Origin: Promethearchaeota archaeon | GTDB lineage: Archaea; Asgardarchaeota; Lokiarchaeia; Sigyniarchaeales; SOKP01 | Length of the DNA: 64,000 nucleotides | Direction: 5' to 3' | NCBI GenBank assembly: GCA_048939995.1 | Contig: JBHLOY010000009.1 | Coordinates: 32,001 to 96,000, forward strand | Part shown: piece after piece, positions 19,430 through 28,730 of the stretch | How positions within the stretch are numbered: position 1 is the stretch's first letter | Layout: every line of letters starts with the position of its first letter | Notes under the pieces: generated by a model | What the model was told of the DNA's origin: nothing | Databases searched by the model: none | What the model saw: only the letters and a program-made list of their open reading frames with translations | Made by a program: the position numbers and the translations under genes

Positions 19430-20380
19430 GTGATTAAAATGAGTGTTGTTATTGAAACTAAAAATTTAACGAAAAATTTTGATGGGAGAATTGTTGTGGA
19501 TCATCTTAATCTTAGGATTTATCGTGGGGAAATACTCAGTTTGCTTGGTCCCAATGGTGCAGGTAAAACTACAACCATTAAAATGCTAACTACTATACTT
19601 AAACCTGATCAAGGTTCAGCATATATTAATAGATATGATATACAAAAAAATAAGAAAGATATCAGAAAATTAATTAGCATTGTACCTCAAGAGATAGTTT
19701 TATATGATGATTTATCAGGGTTAGAAAATCTCCTTTTTTTCGGTAAATTGCATAATATACCTATAAGTAAATTAAAAACCGAAGCTGAAAATATACTTAG
19801 GGCCCTAGGACTTGCAAAAAGAAGTGATAAAGTAAAGAATTATTCAGGAGGCCTTAAAAGGAGATTAAATTTTGGAATCTGCACTATTATGAATACTGAG
19901 ATATTATTTTTGGATGAACCTACAGCTGGTTTAGATCCTCAAGCACGGAATATTATATGGCAAATGATTAAAGATAAGAAGAAGGAAGGAAAAACTATCA
20001 TTTTAACAACACATGACATGTATGAAGCTGAAATATTGAGTGATAGAGTTCTGATTATTGATAATGGTAAAATTATTGCTGAAGGTTCACCAAATGAACT
20101 AAAAGATAGATATAGTGAACATAATATTTTAGAACTTAAATATAAGTTAAATAGCCCTAATTTAAAGAAAATACTGACAAGTTTAGATTTTGTGAGAGAT
20201 GTTATTATTAATGGTGATGTGAGCACAACTATTTATTTTGATGGAACTATGATTAACTTTATAGAAATTTTAAATCAAAAGATAATAAATGATGTATCTG
20301 AGCTTGAATATATGCGATTAAGACAGAATACTCTTGAAGATGTATTTTTAAAATTAACTGGAAGGAGGTTAAGAGAATAA
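19430..20380 (+). CDS. ABC-2/DrrA-type exporter ATP-binding protein
   Basis: GPNGAGKTT, YSGG, LDEPT, TTH, LEDVFLKLTG. Confidence 0.95.
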   Translation: MIKMSVVIETKNLTKNFDGRIVVDHLNLRIYRGEILSLLGPNGAGKTTTIKMLTTILKPDQGSAYINRYDIQKNKKDIRKLISIVPQEIVLYDDLSGLENLLFFGKLHNIPISKLKTEAENILRALGLAKRSDKVKNYSGGLKRRLNFGICTIMNTEILFLDEPTAGLDPQARNIIWQMIKDKKKEGKTIILTTHDMYEAEILSDRVLIIDNGKIIAEGSPNELKDRYSEHNILELKYKLNSPNLKKILTSLDFVRDVIINGDVSTTIYFDGTMINFIEILNQKIINDVSELEYMRLRQNTLEDVFLKLTGRRLRE

Positions 20381-21207
20381 TGAAGATTCATTCTATAATT
20401 GAAATCACTATGAAAAACTTAAAGATAAGGTTGCGACAACGTCAAACATATTTCTTTTCTTTTGGATTTCCTTTAATCTTTACATTTGTTTTTTATTTTA
20501 TATTTGGAACGCAAGAAATTATTTCTGGGTTTTCACTTTTCACTCTTTCAATATCAGGTTTGCTTATCTACACAGCTTCTTTTGGAACAATAAACACGGC
20601 TGTAGTTTTTTGCTCTGAAAAACAAACAGGTACTTTAATCAGAATTGATACCACTCCCTGTAAAAGATCAAATATATTCATCGGTACGTTGTTATCGGAG
20701 TCATTTTTCTTAATGATTCAATTGATCATTATGTTTATAGTAGGCTACGGAATATTAAGGTTGAAATGGGGATATGATATCTCTAAAGGAGTGTTTAATC
20801 AGGATCTAATTCTATTGATAATAGGTTTTTTCATAGTATTTATATTTGGGCTCTCGACACTAGGATTAGGAATTATTATTTCTGCTTATGCTAAAACAGT
20901 AGAAGCAGGGTTAGGTATAGCTATGGTATATGTTATGCCTGTACTCTTTTTAAGCGGAGCAATGGTACCATTTGAAAATCCAATCGTTTATGCTTTTCCA
21001 CCATTCTGGGCTAATCAACTATATCAACAAGTTGTCATCTTAGGACATAATCTACTGACAGATTCACTATTAACTAATTCTGATAATATTTTAAATGCGG
21101 TCGCGACTAGAATTCCTTTGTGGGGTGCTTTGATCATAATTATTGCTTTTTTGGCTATCACACTAATGATCGGGATATTATTGTTTAATAAAAAAACACT
21201 TTCCTGA
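20380..21207 (+). CDS. ABC-2 type exporter permease
   Basis: About six TM helices, EKQTGTL, FLSGAMVP; translationally coupled via TAATG. Confidence 0.9.
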   Translation: MKIHSIIEITMKNLKIRLRQRQTYFFSFGFPLIFTFVFYFIFGTQEIISGFSLFTLSISGLLIYTASFGTINTAVVFCSEKQTGTLIRIDTTPCKRSNIFIGTLLSESFFLMIQLIIMFIVGYGILRLKWGYDISKGVFNQDLILLIIGFFIVFIFGLSTLGLGIIISAYAKTVEAGLGIAMVYVMPVLFLSGAMVPFENPIVYAFPPFWANQLYQQVVILGHNLLTDSLLTNSDNILNAVATRIPLWGALIIIIAFLAITLMIGILLFNKKTLS

Positions 21208-21220
21208 TTTTTCCTTAAAA

Positions 21221-22597
21221 TTAGCTTTTTCTAATAAATTCTAAATATATTTTATTAAAAAGTGATTTTTCTTGTTCTCTCCATTTTTCAAATGGTTTAA
21301 CACTATTAGGATAGTTTTTGTAGAGAGTAGTGACTTTATTCATATAATTCTTTAGGGATTTTAATTCAAGTAATAATCTTGGTCGAGTGATTCCCCTAAG
21401 GGATTTCTTAATTATTGCTTTAAAATCTAAATCTAACTCCCCTTGAAACCAAAGTTTACTTATATCACTACTGGTTAAAATTTTCTTTTTAATGACGAGA
21501 TTTAGATATTTTGAAGGCTTATATTGAAAGAATAGTCTTATGATGTCTGAAGCAGCATGTTTTGCTCCAAAATCAGACATAATTATAGAATTGTATTCCC
21601 ATAAGGTATTTAGGGATGGATCATTTGCATAAATGGCCTTTTCAGCTACATTAGCGGCATAGTAGCCAGCTCTCATTCCAACATCAATGCCTCCGCCATT
21701 AGCAGGGTGTACATGACATGCCGCATCTCCAATAAACATGATTCCATTATCAGCGCAGGATGGTAATGGTCTTCTTAAAGGTACAAGGCATCCTGCTGAA
21801 GAAATTATATTAATGTTAGTTTGGGGAATAAAGTAATCAAAAACGTATTTTTTAAAGTACTGCTTTATTGATGACTTATATTGTAAGAAAGTTCCTAGAC
21901 CAATATTGATAGTATTTTCACTTTTAGGAAAATACCAAATGAATCCTCCTGGAGATCGTTTATCGGGGTCAATAATTAGGGTACAATAATCCAAATCCTG
22001 AGGTAATTTCATTTCAGAAGGAAGCTTAATTATGCTACGATAGCATAGTACAAGATCTCTCTTAGAAATTTCGTTTAATATAAAAGTGCTTTTTATTTTT
22101 CTTCTTAATGTAGAATGATAACCGCTCGCATCAATGACAACTTTTGCCTTCAAATCAATTTTTGAACCATTTTTAAGCCTGACTTTAATACCATCAACAC
22201 CTTGCTTATTATAAGTCAGATTTATAGCTCTTGTCTTTTCTAAAAACTGGTCAACACCAGCATTTATTGCCTCGTTGAGCAATCTTTGGCCAAACTTTAA
22301 CCGATCAACAAGATACAATGGTGTTTTTATTGTTAATGAACTTTTTTGATCAGGTGAGTAAAGTCGAAAACCACATTTAAGGCTTAATAATTCTTCTTCG
22401 GGAGGATTGATATGCAAAAAATCAAAGATCGTCGCAAGGACAGCATCACCACAAATCTTATTTCCTATATCATTTTTGGCATTACTATCAATTAAGCAAA
22501 CATTTAAATGTTTTTGAGCAGCAAATTTGGCCGCAATTGCCCCTGATGTTCCAGCACCAACAACAATTACATCGAAGCTAGGTGTTACATTCTCCAT
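21221..22597 (-). CDS. Geranylgeranyl reductase family flavoprotein (DGGGPL reductase-like)
   Basis: VVGAGTSG, KICGDA, PGGFIWYFP, IGDAA...GGG. Confidence 0.9.
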   Translation of the reverse strand: MENVTPSFDVIVVGAGTSGAIAAKFAAQKHLNVCLIDSNAKNDIGNKICGDAVLATIFDFLHINPPEEELLSLKCGFRLYSPDQKSSLTIKTPLYLVDRLKFGQRLLNEAINAGVDQFLEKTRAINLTYNKQGVDGIKVRLKNGSKIDLKAKVVIDASGYHSTLRRKIKSTFILNEISKRDLVLCYRSIIKLPSEMKLPQDLDYCTLIIDPDKRSPGGFIWYFPKSENTINIGLGTFLQYKSSIKQYFKKYVFDYFIPQTNINIISSAGCLVPLRRPLPSCADNGIMFIGDAACHVHPANGGGIDVGMRAGYYAANVAEKAIYANDPSLNTLWEYNSIIMSDFGAKHAASDIIRLFFQYKPSKYLNLVIKKKILTSSDISKLWFQGELDLDFKAIIKKSLRGITRPRLLLELKSLKNYMNKVTTLYKNYPNSVKPFEKWREQEKSLFNKIYLEFIRKS

Positions 22598-22706
22598 GTT
22601 ATTTTATATAAATCCATATTAAAAATAAATAACTTGCAGTATTACAAAATTTAATTGGAATTAAATATTTTCAGCTTAATTCAATCTAATTAAAGAGGTG
22701 AATTGA

Positions 22707-24419
22707 ATTAAAAACAATGAGATCGCTGCTATGCTTTCCAAAATCGCAGACCTTTTAGAACTACAAGGAGTTCAATTCAAACCAATGGCATATCGACGAG
22801 CTGCTGGGAATATTCAAGAGTTATCGGAAGACATTGAAGAAATCTATAAAAAAGGAATGGTAGAAGAAATTGAGGGTGTGGGGAAGAGTATTGCTTCTAG
22901 AATAAGTGAATACCTTAAGACTGGAAGAGTTGAGTATTTAGAACAATTAAGAGAGGAACTTCCTGAGGGCATGGAACAATTAGTAGAAGTCGAAGGGATT
23001 GGCCCCAAAACTGCTTTTAGGTTAAGTAAAGAATTTGGATTCAAAACAGTTGAAGAACTAGAAAAAGCAATTAATAATGGAACTCTTGAGGGATTATCAG
23101 GGTTTGGGAAAAAAAAAGCACAAAATATTCTACGAGGAATTGAGTTATATAAAGCCTCAAAAGGTAAGCTTTTGTTAGTAGATATCTTACCAATAGCTAA
23201 TTCCATAGAAAAACAGTTGAGGAAACTAAATTTCATTCAAGAATTAAATGTTGCAGGTTCAATAAGGAGAAAGAAAGAAACAATTCGTGATATCGATATA
23301 CTTGTAAGCACAAATGAACCAATTAAAGTGATGGATGCTTTCACTAATCTTAAAGATGTGAAAGACATAATCTCAAAAGGAGAAGATAAATGTACTGTAA
23401 CTTTATACAATAATATTCAGGTGGATTTAAGAGCTATAAATAAAAATAGTTACGGATCGGCTTTGTTGTACTTTACTGGTTCAAAAGAACATAATATAAA
23501 ATTACGAAAGATTGCTCGGAAAAAAAATTGGAAGTTGAATGAATATGGTCTTTTTGATAATGCTACTAATGATAAATTAGCGGGAACAGAAGAATTAGAA
23601 CTATATAACAAATTAGGATTAGATTACATAGTCCCTGAATTGCGAGAGGAACGAGGAGAAATTGAAGCTGCTGCAGCTGGAACATTGCCTAAGTTGGTTG
23701 AGCGGAATGAAATCAAAGGGGACCTTCACATTCATAGTAAATGGAGTGATGGGATGAATACTATTGAGGAACTGTGTAAAGAAGCAATAAAGTACGGCTA
23801 TGAATATATAGCCATTTGTGATCATTCTCATGGACTGCCGGTAGTAAAAGGCTTAAATGAGAGTGATATTCGAAAACAAATGAAGGAAATCGAACTGATA
23901 AATCGTAAAACCGACAACCTCACAGTTTTATCTGGAATCGAGTTAAATATTGATAAAGATGGAGGATTAGACATAAAAGATAACGTGTTAAAAGATTTAG
24001 ACGTAGTGATAGCAAGTGTCCATTCTGGCTTTAAAGCTGATGAAAAAGCTATTACAGAAAGAGTGATAAAAGCAATGCATAATGATTATATAACCATCTT
24101 AGGACACCCCTCAGGAAGAATAATCAATAGAAGATCTCCTTTGCAACTGAATTTGATAAAAGTATTTGAAAATGCTGTAGAATTAGGAACAATCATGGAG
24201 ATTAACGCCTATCCTGATCGGCTTGATCTTTCAGATGTGAATTGTTATAAGGCACGTGAATTCAACCTTAAATTTTCGATAAATACAGATACTCATCGGT
24301 TAGATGAGCTTGGCTTTATTGATTTTGGAGTATTTACAGCACGGAGAGGCTGGTTAGAGCAAAAAGATGTCGTAAACACACTCTCGAATAAAGATTTAAA
24401 GAAAATCATTAATCTTTAA
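22707..24419 (+). CDS. polX: DNA polymerase X with C-terminal PHP domain (probable ATT start at 22707; first ATG at 22731)
   Basis: AYRRAA, HhH motifs GVGK/GIGPK, GSIRR..TIRDID, VDLR, YFTGSKEHN; PHP DLHIHSKWSDG, DHS, HP, DTH. Confidence 0.93.
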   Translation: MKNNEIAAMLSKIADLLELQGVQFKPMAYRRAAGNIQELSEDIEEIYKKGMVEEIEGVGKSIASRISEYLKTGRVEYLEQLREELPEGMEQLVEVEGIGPKTAFRLSKEFGFKTVEELEKAINNGTLEGLSGFGKKKAQNILRGIELYKASKGKLLLVDILPIANSIEKQLRKLNFIQELNVAGSIRRKKETIRDIDILVSTNEPIKVMDAFTNLKDVKDIISKGEDKCTVTLYNNIQVDLRAINKNSYGSALLYFTGSKEHNIKLRKIARKKNWKLNEYGLFDNATNDKLAGTEELELYNKLGLDYIVPELREERGEIEAAAAGTLPKLVERNEIKGDLHIHSKWSDGMNTIEELCKEAIKYGYEYIAICDHSHGLPVVKGLNESDIRKQMKEIELINRKTDNLTVLSGIELNIDKDGGLDIKDNVLKDLDVVIASVHSGFKADEKAITERVIKAMHNDYITILGHPSGRIINRRSPLQLNLIKVFENAVELGTIMEINAYPDRLDLSDVNCYKAREFNLKFSINTDTHRLDELGFIDFGVFTARRGWLEQKDVVNTLSNKDLKKIINL

Positions 24420-24538
24420 TCTTTTATTAAAGACTCATTGTCTCATATCCATGAGAATTAATAGAAAATAAATGTAAATTTCATTTAATTTGGATGCATT
24501 GTAAAATCAACAGATATTGATTTTATTGTGATATATGA

Positions 24539-25006
24539 ATGTCCAACCTAGATAAAGAGAAATTACATGTAAGTTGTAAGGAGTCTTTAGAGCCCGAAAA
24601 AGAGTTTATTCCTCGTAAATATACTCTAACTCACTCAGATAAAACAGGAGACTTGTTTTTAACGGTTGATTGTGATTATGATTATGAGCAAATCTCGGGC
24701 TTATATACTCGATTTATGAGAGATGAAGTAGTGGCGGAATGGAAGAAGGATCAGGATCAGTATAGACTGCATGTTTATGTTCATGTTAGTGGAGGTTTAG
24801 TTTTTGGTTGGGCAAGCATGAGGTATAGGATATTTCAGCACCATATGCCTTTAGTTCTTAAAACAATTCGAAATGGAGATTATAGATTATTTGAATTATT
24901 TCCCGAGTTAGATCAATCTCCGATTTTTATCCACTTTGAATCAAATCGAAAGAAATATAATAAAATTGAAAGATTTGGGATTCTAAAGGATTATATTCAA
25001 CATTAA
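24539..25006 (+). CDS. Stay-Green (SGR) family protein, Mg-dechelatase homolog
   Basis: PRKYTLTHSDKTGDLFL, RDEVVAEW, LHVYVHVSG, RYRIF, GD..LF...PEL. Confidence 0.88.
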   Translation: MSNLDKEKLHVSCKESLEPEKEFIPRKYTLTHSDKTGDLFLTVDCDYDYEQISGLYTRFMRDEVVAEWKKDQDQYRLHVYVHVSGGLVFGWASMRYRIFQHHMPLVLKTIRNGDYRLFELFPELDQSPIFIHFESNRKKYNKIERFGILKDYIQH

Positions 25007-25443
25007 TTTTCTGTATTTTCCTTATTTTGAGATTCCTCAACTTCACAGTAACAATTAGGAGCGTTAGTTATTTCAACACCACAATTACACGTTTTAGGAT
25101 GATTATATTTTTCACAGATCTTATTAATTGTGTTACACGAGAATAAAAGATTAAATTTCTCACTTTCAAGATGAGCTTGTTCAACTGTTAGACCTAATTC
25201 ATTATAAAGGAATAATTCAAGTAAATGAGCATGTCGAGCTAATTCAATTGCTAAATTTTTCCCTTTTTTGGTGAGTTCAACCTCTTGATATCTTTTGTAG
25301 CATACTAGTCCTACTTCTTCCAACCTTTTAACAGAACTTCCAACTGTAGAGTGAGCCATATTTAAATGCTTAGCAATATATCCAACTTTTTGCTTTTGTA
25401 TTTTATCTATGTATCGCAATACTTTGTAATCAATCTCTTGCAT
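25003..25443 (-). CDS. DtxR/MntR family metal-dependent repressor
   Basis: IAKHLNMAHSTV...LEEVGLV..RYQEVELTKKG...RHAHLLELFL...AHLESEK. Confidence 0.9.
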   Translation of the reverse strand: MQEIDYKVLRYIDKIQKQKVGYIAKHLNMAHSTVGSSVKRLEEVGLVCYKRYQEVELTKKGKNLAIELARHAHLLELFLYNELGLTVEQAHLESEKFNLLFSCNTINKICEKYNHPKTCNCGVEITNAPNCYCEVEESQNKENTEN

Positions 25444-25472
25444 TTTTTAAAACCTTATGAATTTCTTTTGTG

Positions 25473-26228
25473 TTAATGCTGATGTCCAAAGAGTATAATA
25501 GTTAATGCCATTGTTATAATGCCTATCAAGATTAAAAGAATTTGACGTACAATGTGCTTAACTTCAGTTTTTTTGTGTAATTCTGGAGTTAGATCTGTTA
25601 ATGCTATATATATAAAACTGGCTGAGGAAATTGCTAATAAATAAGGAACCGCTACAGAGAATACCCCTAATACATAGAAGCTTATAATAGCTGAGGGAAT
25701 TGTTGAAAGACTAGAAAGTGCATTAAGCAGAAGCGCTTTTTTTCTTGAATAACCTTGATGGAGCAAGATTCCAAAGTCTCCCGTTTCTTGGGGGATTTCA
25801 TGAATTAGTACAGAAACTCCGACTACAATTCCGATTGAGAAATTGGTTAAAAATCCTGCAGCTATGACAATTCCATCAGTAAAATTATGGAATGCATCAC
25901 CTACTAACACAAGGGGACCAGCAGCACTATGCACTTCACAAGCATCGCTTTGACAATTACGCCATATTATAATTTTCTCTAAGATAAAAAAGAACAGAAC
26001 CCCTCCTAAAACAAATAACATTATGAAATGAGGTTCTCCACCTGAACTTTCTATTGCTTCAGGGATTAAACCAAATAGAGAGGCTGTAAGTAATATCCCT
26101 ATGGCGTATGAAATCAAAATAGATACAAGAATTTTCTGAAGCTTTTCACTTAATAAAATGAAACCAGCAGCGGCACATATGGCACCTAGACTACCTAAAA
26201 TACTGAAAAGTAAAATCCAACCTAGAAT
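25473..26228 (-). CDS. ZIP family metal transporter (ORF track starts at 26117; first TM helix lies upstream, probable ATT start near 26228)
   Basis: HNFTDG and HEIPQETGDFG motifs; open in-frame extension ILGWILLFSILGSLGAICAAAGFILL after an AGGAGGT RBS. Confidence 0.88.
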   Translation of the reverse strand: MLGWILLFSILGSLGAICAAAGFILLSEKLQKILVSILISYAIGILLTASLFGLIPEAIESSGGEPHFIMLFVLGGVLFFFILEKIIIWRNCQSDACEVHSAAGPLVLVGDAFHNFTDGIVIAAGFLTNFSIGIVVGVSVLIHEIPQETGDFGILLHQGYSRKKALLLNALSSLSTIPSAIISFYVLGVFSVAVPYLLAISSASFIYIALTDLTPELHKKTEVKHIVRQILLILIGIITMALTIILFGHQH

Positions 26229-26383
26229 TTTAAAATTTACCTCCTAAAAAGCATCTATTTATAATGCCATTAAGTTTTAATATATTTTAAATTTTACGAG
26301 ACATCGTAATTTTTATTTTATAAAAAAAAAGCTGAAAGATAATAAAGCTTTAATGGATTGGATTAATCTTTATTTTTTGAGAA

Positions 26384-27199
26384 ATGGATAAAAAAGAGAT
26401 TATTTCTGATTATAAAATAATTATTGGGGATATTTTAGACGTTTTAGATCAATATAAATCTTGGTTTGATTTAATCATTGCTGACCCTCCCTTTGGTATT
26501 GATTTTGATAAAAGCTACCATGAATATGGTGCGGAAGGTTTTATTCTGTATGATGATAAATTTGAGGGCAATGATTATGAAGAATTTTCATATGATTGGA
26601 TTTCCAAATGCTATGACGCTCTTAAGCCAAATGGGGCTATGTATATTATTAGTGGCTGGACTAATTTGGATAGGATTCTTAATGCAATCAAAAAAACAAA
26701 ATTCATATTAAAGAATCATATCATCTGGTTTTATGAATGGGGTGTGTTTGCAAATAAGAAATATATTACAAGCCATTATCATATTCCATTTCTTGTGAAA
26801 GATGAAAAAAAGTATACATTTAACCCACAATATTCGAATCCAAAGACTAAGAGGAAAGGGTTCAAATATGAAAAAGATGTGTGGTATTGGCCTAAATATA
26901 ATAGAGGAAATGATCCAGAACACATCAAAGGACATCCTTGTCAATTACCAATATTTTTAATGAAAAAAATGATCAAAATTTCCTCACTTCCAGGAGATTG
27001 GGTAGCAGATCTATTTTCTGGAAGCGGAGGTACTTTATTGGCATGTAGAGAATTAGGACGTAATTGCATTTCGATTGAAAAGAATCCAGATTATCTTGAA
27101 ATTATAAATAAAAAAGCTAAAATAAAACAAAATATTATCTATAAACCTCCTGAAAGTGAAAAAACTTTACAAACCGGATTAAATAATTTTAAATTATAA
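26384..27199 (+). CDS. Site-specific DNA amino-methyltransferase, class beta (orphan)
   Basis: DPPF catalytic motif near the N-terminus; HPCQLP and DLFSGSG near the C-terminus. Confidence 0.9.
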   Translation: MDKKEIISDYKIIIGDILDVLDQYKSWFDLIIADPPFGIDFDKSYHEYGAEGFILYDDKFEGNDYEEFSYDWISKCYDALKPNGAMYIISGWTNLDRILNAIKKTKFILKNHIIWFYEWGVFANKKYITSHYHIPFLVKDEKKYTFNPQYSNPKTKRKGFKYEKDVWYWPKYNRGNDPEHIKGHPCQLPIFLMKKMIKISSLPGDWVADLFSGSGGTLLACRELGRNCISIEKNPDYLEIINKKAKIKQNIIYKPPESEKTLQTGLNNFKL

Positions 27200-27213
27200 T
27201 TCAATTATATATA

Positions 27214-27537
27214 TTGGTTCAGATGATGGTTGAATTTTCTAAGAAAGTAAAAGAATTAATAAAGCAAATACCTTATGGAAAAGTTGCAACTTATGGTCAA
27301 ATTGCTGCTCTTGCGGGAAATCCTAGAGGCGCACGACAAGTGTCTTGGATTTTACATTCTTGTACGAAAAAGGATAACTTACCGTGGCATCGAGTTATTA
27401 ATAGTAAAGGAGGTATTTCTTTGCCTATTGGTGGTGGTTATGAAACACAAAGGAGCCTTTTGGAGTTAGAAGGAATTTCCTTTAAAGCAAATAATTCAAT
27501 AGATTTAAATGTTTATCTTTGGAATTTTAAAGTGTAG
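27214..27537 (+). CDS. Alkyltransferase-like protein (ATL; YbaZ/Atl1-type)
   Basis: IPYGKVATYGQIA, ARQV, and PWHRV (Trp in place of the catalytic Cys of MGMT PCHRV). Confidence 0.9.
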   Translation: MVQMMVEFSKKVKELIKQIPYGKVATYGQIAALAGNPRGARQVSWILHSCTKKDNLPWHRVINSKGGISLPIGGGYETQRSLLELEGISFKANNSIDLNVYLWNFKV

Positions 27538-27555
27538 ATTTTCACAGATAATCAG

Positions 27556-28095
27556 TCATTTAAAATAGAACTGGAATTTCCTATAACATGAATTCTCTTC
27601 CTTCATCATGCAACCATTAATTTGTGGGGCTATATCATACTCAATATTTAATTCATCAAACCATCCTTTAAGCCGTTGAAAGATACCACAACTATATTTT
27701 TCTATATAACCCATTCGCACAATCCCATCATATGCAAAACATTTATTCATAGTGAAGATTAATATATTTTTAGCCGGGAATTCAAATTTGAAATCCATAA
27801 AATCTGCTTTTACCACAGAGAATATTATCCTCATGACTTTTTTGAACTCTTCAAAAGATTCAAGTTGTTTTATCCCAATTGCTTTCTTAAACCTTTGCAT
27901 TTCAATTTTAGCCATTGATTTTACTGCCGCTTTGTTAATTTTGTTGGTTTTTTCAATTCCACACTCTTTAGCACAATGATAAAACCACATTCCATCATGA
28001 GTCATCCAATTTTTGATTAAAATTTCTTTTACCTGCTTAAATTCCAAATTTGGGCTTAACTTTTCCATTTCTTCACCGCAATTAAAACTCTGCAT
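27556..28095 (-). CDS. DUF6125 family protein (real start probably the ATG of MEKLSP, ~28068)
   Basis: WMTHDGMWF, CFAY...YSCG...GWF...C...C. Confidence 0.75.
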   Translation of the reverse strand: MQSFNCGEEMEKLSPNLEFKQVKEILIKNWMTHDGMWFYHCAKECGIEKTNKINKAAVKSMAKIEMQRFKKAIGIKQLESFEEFKKVMRIIFSVVKADFMDFKFEFPAKNILIFTMNKCFAYDGIVRMGYIEKYSCGIFQRLKGWFDELNIEYDIAPQINGCMMKEENSCYRKFQFYFK

Positions 28096-28580
28096 TCTTT
28101 ATCACCATCTTTGAGACAATTAAGACATTTTTCCTCTGCATCTACTCCTAATGCCTTATACCATCCTGATCGCATCGAAAAGCAACCACATTCATAATTA
28201 TCTTCCATTTTGATACGCTTTACTTGATTTATAACTGCACATTTTTTCACAATTCCTAAAAGTTCATTATCAGATACCTTTTGGAATTCATATGACATTG
28301 TAGGAGGGGGATAATAAAATTCCATGGCAGCTAAGCATACATCATGCAGAGTTTGAAGATTTTTTACTTCAGAAATTTTTAAAGCATTAATGAAACGATA
28401 CATCATAACTTTCCCCATCTCTGCTATGATACTTTTGTTTAACTTATTCCCCTTTTCCCATCCAAACTCCTTAACTATTGCCATTTGAGCTCTTGCGTCA
28501 TGAGACATCCAATTTTTCCGCAGAATATCAATTTTCTGCTGGTCAGTAAGAGCATCCAAATATAAGATTTGTTTTTCCAT
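28056..28580 (-). CDS. DUF6125 family protein
   Basis: WMSHDA, CAV...YECGC...GWY...CL..GD..C. Confidence 0.72.
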   Translation of the reverse strand: MEKQILYLDALTDQQKIDILRKNWMSHDARAQMAIVKEFGWEKGNKLNKSIIAEMGKVMMYRFINALKISEVKNLQTLHDVCLAAMEFYYPPPTMSYEFQKVSDNELLGIVKKCAVINQVKRIKMEDNYECGCFSMRSGWYKALGVDAEEKCLNCLKDGDKECRVLIAVKKWKS

Positions 28581-28624
28581 ATGTAATTCATCTCTTGGTT
28601 AATTTTTAATATTTTTCGATCTAT

Positions 28625-28645
28625 TACAACCTTTTTATAGTTGAA
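28625..28645. promoter_or_regulatory. Candidate TrmB operator copy 1 (CAAC-N9-GTTG)
   Basis: TACAACCTTTTTATAGTTGAA upstream of the DUF6125 pair. Confidence 0.5.
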
Positions 28646-28696
28646 AGATGGAAAACATAAATATGGGTGTTAATAATTATGAATTATTATACTATA

Positions 28697-28717
28697 TTCA
28701 ACTTAATTTAAGTTGAA
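28697..28717. promoter_or_regulatory. Candidate TrmB operator copy 2 (perfect 10-1-10 palindrome)
   Basis: TTCAACTTAA-T-TTAAGTTGAA, 13 nt upstream of the TrmB-family ATG. Confidence 0.6.
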
Positions 28718-28730
28718 GTGAGAATACAAA

